64,000 nucleotides of DNA. Origin: Candidatus Bathyarchaeota archaeon. Its GTDB lineage: Archaea > Thermoproteota > Bathyarchaeia > TCS64. This document shows positions 60,250 to 64,000 of this stretch, piece by piece. The position numbers and the translations under genes are program-made. Below the pieces are notes generated by a model that was not told the origin of the DNA, did not search any database, and saw nothing but the letters and a program-made list of their open reading frames with translations. The stretch covers positions 672,001 through 736,000 of the forward strand of contig CAVYVF010000023.1 of assembly GCA_963771885.1 (NCBI GenBank), written 5' to 3'. Numbering within the stretch: the first letter of the stretch is position 1; every line of letters starts with the position of its first letter.

Positions 60250-61197
60250 ATGGGAAAGCGTGTCTTGGTCGCCCTCGGCGGGAACGCAATCAAGCAGCCC
60301 GACGAGAAAGGTACCTTCGAGGAACAGATGAAAAACGTCGAGACTGCCTCAAAACAGATAGCGCAGCTGGTGAGGCATGGCTACGAACTCGTCATCACAC
60401 ACGGCAACGGGCCTCAAGTGGGCAACCTCTCCATCCAACAAGAGGCGGCTGCTGACCAAGTGCCACCGCAGCCACTGGTCGTCCTCGGCGCGATGACGCA
60501 AGGCCAGATTGGCTACATGATGCAGCAGACCCTCCACAACATACTCGACGGCGACGGCAAGCAAGTCGCCACCATAGTCACGCAGGTGCTCGTCAGCCCA
60601 GAGGACCCCGACTTCCAGGACCCAACGAAGCCCGTCGGCCCATTCTACACGGAGGAGATCGCCAAGAAGCTCGCTGCTGAGCGCGGCTGGGTCGTCAAGA
60701 AGGTCCGCCCCACGGGTGACAAAACTTGGAGGCGTGTCGTGCCCTCACCCACGCCTCTCGGAATCGCCGAGGCGAAGGCGATCAGGACCATGGTCGAGGC
60801 GGGCATGATAGTTATAGCTTCGGGAGGAGGCGGCATACCCGTCTACAGGAACAAGTCGGGCAAACTGGAGGGCGTTGACGCAGTCATCGACAAAGACCGG
60901 GCGGGCGCAAAGCTCGCCGAAGAGGTCGGCTCAGACGTGCTCCTTATCCTCACCGACGTCGAGTATGCTATGATGGACTACGGTAAACCCACCCAGGCGC
61001 CGATACTAAAGATGACTGTCGCCGAGGCGAAGCAGCGCCTCAAGGAGGGTCACTTCGGCGCGGGCAGCATGGGCCCAAAGGTCGAGGCGGCGCTCGGCTT
61101 CGTAGAACGCGGCGGAGAGAGGGCGATAGTCACAAGCCTCGCCAAGGCAGTCGATGCCTTGGAGGGCAAGACCGGGACACACATAGTCCGCGCTTAG
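60250..61197 (+). CDS. arcC: Carbamate kinase
   Basis: ALGGNA, THGNGPQVG, PTKPVGP, RRVVPSP, GGGGIP, AVIDKD, GSMGPK. Confidence 0.95.
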   Translation: MGKRVLVALGGNAIKQPDEKGTFEEQMKNVETASKQIAQLVRHGYELVITHGNGPQVGNLSIQQEAAADQVPPQPLVVLGAMTQGQIGYMMQQTLHNILDGDGKQVATIVTQVLVSPEDPDFQDPTKPVGPFYTEEIAKKLAAERGWVVKKVRPTGDKTWRRVVPSPTPLGIAEAKAIRTMVEAGMIVIASGGGGIPVYRNKSGKLEGVDAVIDKDRAGAKLAEEVGSDVLLILTDVEYAMMDYGKPTQAPILKMTVAEAKQRLKEGHFGAGSMGPKVEAALGFVERGGERAIVTSLAKAVDALEGKTGTHIVRA

Positions 61198-61237
61198 GCC
61201 TCCGTTGTATATCTAGCTAAAACCTCATTTTCAACCA

Positions 61238-61553
61238 ATGAAACTAGGTTGAGATACTCACTCCCTTACTGACACAGCTCGGAGTAGGTGGCGTCGCGGG
61301 GCTCTGCACAGGGTATGCCCTGAAGAAGATGGGGAAGAACGTCGCCTTCATCGTTGGTATAATGTTCATAGGCCTAGAGCTGCTCGCCTACAAGGGTAAA
61401 ATCAACATCAACTACGACGCGCTCCAGCAGTGAGGGAGCGAGCTGTTCGGTCAGGTCGGTGCACTCGAGGGCGTGTTGACCCTTATCATCGCCAACCTGC
61501 CGTTTGCCGCCATCTTCCTCGTTGGGCTAGCCATCGGCCTTAAGATGGGTTGA
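61238..61553 (+). pseudogene. FUN14-family membrane protein, interrupted (absent from ORF track)
   Basis: Frame from 61248: ...QLGVGGVAGLCTGYALKK..LELLAYKG.ININY.ALQQ*GSELF...NLPFAA.F.VG...GLKMG*; in-frame TGA at 61431; no in-frame start codon at the N-terminus. Confidence 0.75.
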
Positions 61554-62076
61554 GCCGCGCGCAATAGATCGTCTCGAAGAACAGCCTCTTCTCACCCAGA
61601 ATCTCCCAGTCGTAGTCGAACCTGTAACCCGTGAGCCCTGTCTCTGAGGAGTAGACTAGGAGTATGGAGCCGCCGGGTGAGAGGTGGTCGTGCGCCGCGG
61701 CGAGAAACCTCTCAATGACCTCGGCGCCCCTCTCGCCTCCTGCCCATGCTAAATCATCGAGACTTCCCTCCGAGGGGAGGTACGGCGCGTTGAATAGAAT
61801 CCAGTCGAAGCTCCCCTCAACCTTCTCGAAGAGGTCCGACTGTACAAAAGTGATCTTAGCGAGGACCCCCGCCTCAGCCGCCCTCCTCCCGGCGGCTTTA
61901 AGCGCCTCGGGGTTGATGTCCACGGCTACCACCTGCGTGACACTAGTCTTCTCCGCTGCCGTCACCGCCTGTATACCACTCCCCGTCCCCATGTCGAGCA
62001 CTCTCCCAGTGGCGAACCTTCCCACGAAGCCCTGGAGCAGGTACGAGTCCTCGCCGGGACGGTAGACGGAGTCCAC
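61540..62076 (-). CDS. HemK2/Mtq2-family glutamine methyltransferase
   Basis: VY.P.EDS.LL, LDMGTGSG, DINP, FNAPYLP. Confidence 0.92.
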   Translation of the reverse strand: MDSVYRPGEDSYLLQGFVGRFATGRVLDMGTGSGIQAVTAAEKTSVTQVVAVDINPEALKAAGRRAAEAGVLAKITFVQSDLFEKVEGSFDWILFNAPYLPSEGSLDDLAWAGGERGAEVIERFLAAAHDHLSPGGSILLVYSSETGLTGYRFDYDWEILGEKRLFFETIYCARLNPS

Positions 62077-62212
62077 GCAACCACATCCACGCAGGGCTAA
62101 ATGGGCGTTGCGGCTGGTACTGTAAGCGTCTCACTACTTCATTTCATTAAAAAATAAACGTTGCGCACGCGAGCTCGGTGCCATAAAAGGGCCGTAGAGG
62201 CCCTCTACTAGG

Positions 62213-63667
62213 CTAATAGGTTCTCGAGACGTAGGCTACACTCTTAGCCGGATCACCGCAGACTATGCAGGGGCCCGTCGGCTCCTCCTTGTGGTCCCAG
62301 AGTGTGCCCCTGATCTCTCCGCTGACCTGCTCCTTGAGCCTCTCGGAGCAGTTCATGTCACCGCACCAGTTTATGCGGACGAGCTTTTTCTGCTCCATGT
62401 AGTCGCGCAGCTCCTCGGTGGTGTTCGCCGTAGCGAGGCGGTCCTCGAGGACCTTCCTGCTCCTCGTGGCGAGGTTCTCCTGTATCGCGGCGAAGAGCGC
62501 CCTCGTGGCGGCGGGGAGGTCTTTGAGCTCTGCCTTGCTCTTCTCGGAGGTGTCCCTCCTGACGAAGGTGACGGTCTTGGAGTCTGCCTCGCGGGGCCCT
62601 ACCTCGATGCGGAGCGGGACGCCGAACATCTCCCACTTGTAGTACTTCTCGCCTGGGCGGAGGCGATCATCGTCGTCGAGCACAGCCCTGATTCCGGCGT
62701 CTATGAGCGTCTTGACGACCTCCTTCGCGTAGCCCCTTGCGATCTCCTCCTTGCCCTTGACGGGGATGGGTATGACTACGGCCTGCTTCGGTGCCACTAT
62801 CGGCGGTAGGACGAGCCCGTGGTCGTCGCCGTGCTGGCTTATCACCGCGGCGAGGGTTCTACCGAAGCCCATTCCGTAGCAGGTGTTCGTCGCGTTGACC
62901 TGCTCGCCTTTCTCGTTCTCGTATGTGATCTCGAAGGCTTTGCCAAAGTTGTAGCCAAGCTGGTGGACAGTGCCGATCTGGTTAGACTTGCCGTCTGGGT
63001 TCCACGCGTCGAAGGCTACGCTGTAGTCTGCGCCGGCGAACTTGTCGAAGTCTGGGCGCTTGAGGCGTATGTAGGCGAGGCCGAGGGCGTCGTAGACCTG
63101 ACTGTAGATGTCGATCGCCATCCTGACGTTTGCCTCCGCCTCCTCGTAGGTCGCGTGGGCGGTGTGCCCCTCGTTCCAGAGGAACTCTCGCCCTCTGTAG
63201 AGCGGGCGAGTCGCCTTAGTCTCATAGCGGTAGACGTTGCAGGTCTGGTTCATGCGTATCGGGAGGTCGGCGTGGCTCCTCGTCCAGAGCTTGAACATAG
63301 GGTAGATGGCGGTCTCGCTCGTCGGGCGAAGCACCAGCCTCCTCTCCAACTCGTTCTCTCCGGCGTGGGTGATCCAGAAGACCTCGGCGCTGAAGCCCTT
63401 GATGTGCTCCTCCTCCTTCTGGAAGCTGTCCTCGGGTATGACTACCGGGAACTGCATGGGGTCGTGCCCCGAGGCATCCAGCTTCTCCTCAAGCATCGCG
63501 ATTATCCGCTTCGCCGTCGCGAAGCCCCACCCTGTGTAGACGGTGAAGCCCTTGACGGGGTAGCGGTCGTCCGCTATCTTTGCCTCTAGTAATATGTTAT
63601 CGTACCACTCGCTGAAGTTCTCCTTCTTCACGAGTTCCTTCTTATCTGAGGATTTGTTCCCGGTCAT
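62213..63667 (-). CDS. proS: Proline--tRNA ligase (archaeal/eukaryal type)
   Basis: FSEWY, LRPTSET, YRYETK, REFLW.EGHT, HGDD.GL.LPP; C-terminal Zn domain ending ...RTY. Confidence 0.97.
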   Translation of the reverse strand: MTGNKSSDKKELVKKENFSEWYDNILLEAKIADDRYPVKGFTVYTGWGFATAKRIIAMLEEKLDASGHDPMQFPVVIPEDSFQKEEEHIKGFSAEVFWITHAGENELERRLVLRPTSETAIYPMFKLWTRSHADLPIRMNQTCNVYRYETKATRPLYRGREFLWNEGHTAHATYEEAEANVRMAIDIYSQVYDALGLAYIRLKRPDFDKFAGADYSVAFDAWNPDGKSNQIGTVHQLGYNFGKAFEITYENEKGEQVNATNTCYGMGFGRTLAAVISQHGDDHGLVLPPIVAPKQAVVIPIPVKGKEEIARGYAKEVVKTLIDAGIRAVLDDDDRLRPGEKYYKWEMFGVPLRIEVGPREADSKTVTFVRRDTSEKSKAELKDLPAATRALFAAIQENLATRSRKVLEDRLATANTTEELRDYMEQKKLVRINWCGDMNCSERLKEQVSGEIRGTLWDHKEEPTGPCIVCGDPAKSVAYVSRTY

Positions 63668-63799
63668 TGTTCCTCAACCCTTCGAGGGGGATGGGGGTGA
63701 TTAAAAAGGTGTTGCGTTTGCGACCTTTTTTAGTGAGAAAAACTTTAAAAAAACTGATTCTCGCGCGGGCTTGTCCCGCATGCAGCTCACTTGTCTGGC

Positions 63800-63967
63800 T
63801 TAGTACCTTCTCGGTGGCCTGTGCTTAGCGAAGCATTCGTTGCAGTAGACGGGCCTGCCCTCGGTCGGCTTGAAGGGAACATCACATTCCTTTCCGCAGT
63901 CCGAGCAGGTCGTCTTGTGCATCTCCCGTGGTCCACGGTCGAAGCTGCGCCTCTCGCGGTAATCCAT
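63800..63967 (-). CDS. CxxC-x17-CxxC zinc-ribbon protein (absent from ORF track)
   Basis: MDYRERRSFDRGPREMHKTTCSDCGKECDVPFKPTEGRPVYCNECFAKHRPPRRY*; SD-like AGGAG upstream. Confidence 0.88.
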   Translation of the reverse strand: MDYRERRSFDRGPREMHKTTCSDCGKECDVPFKPTEGRPVYCNECFAKHRPPRRY

Positions 63968-64000
63968 TTCTTTTTACACTCCTTGTATAGTCGGCCACCT

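Noticed and set aside
61431..61433. Selenocysteine or alternative genetic code at the FUN14 TGA
   Set aside because: The position looks like Trp in a membrane protein, no SECIS-like element was seen, and TGA is a normal stop elsewhere in the window
1..64000. CRISPR arrays, tRNA/rRNA genes, IS elements, integrases, inteins
   Set aside because: No periodic repeats, cloverleaf or rRNA signatures, transposase or integrase motifs, or in-frame insertions found by eye; a covariance-model scan would be needed to exclude small RNAs

Overview
GC-rich archaeal chromosome segment. The gene set (aEF-1alpha, aIF-1A, eL15/eS1/eS19/eL31/eL39/LX, KEOPS, Spt5, DGGGP synthase) and gene style suggest a TACK archaeon, most plausibly Bathyarchaeia; this is inference and was not searched. 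Most of the window is housekeeping: translation and ribosomal clusters, aminoacyl-tRNA synthetases, GlmM/GlmU, a membrane PPase, salvage enzymes and transporters. I found no rRNA, tRNA, CRISPR or recognisable mobile element. Main points: (1) a complete 10-gene shikimate-to-Phe/Tyr operon in exact pathway order, using bacterial-type enzymes. Its ~200-nt leader holds a Phe-codon cluster (EFSFFGF), an SD-led mini-uORF and mutually exclusive helices that bury the aroF RBS/start codon, making it a candidate ribosome-mediated attenuator in an archaeon. (2) A short bacterial-type AlaRS next to rpl12. (3) Apparent inversions that split the rpl10/rpl12 and rps12-rps7-tuf clusters, and loss of aIF6 from its usual slot. 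(4) Several single-base (+1) frameshifts, including in essential genes, most likely sequencing errors.
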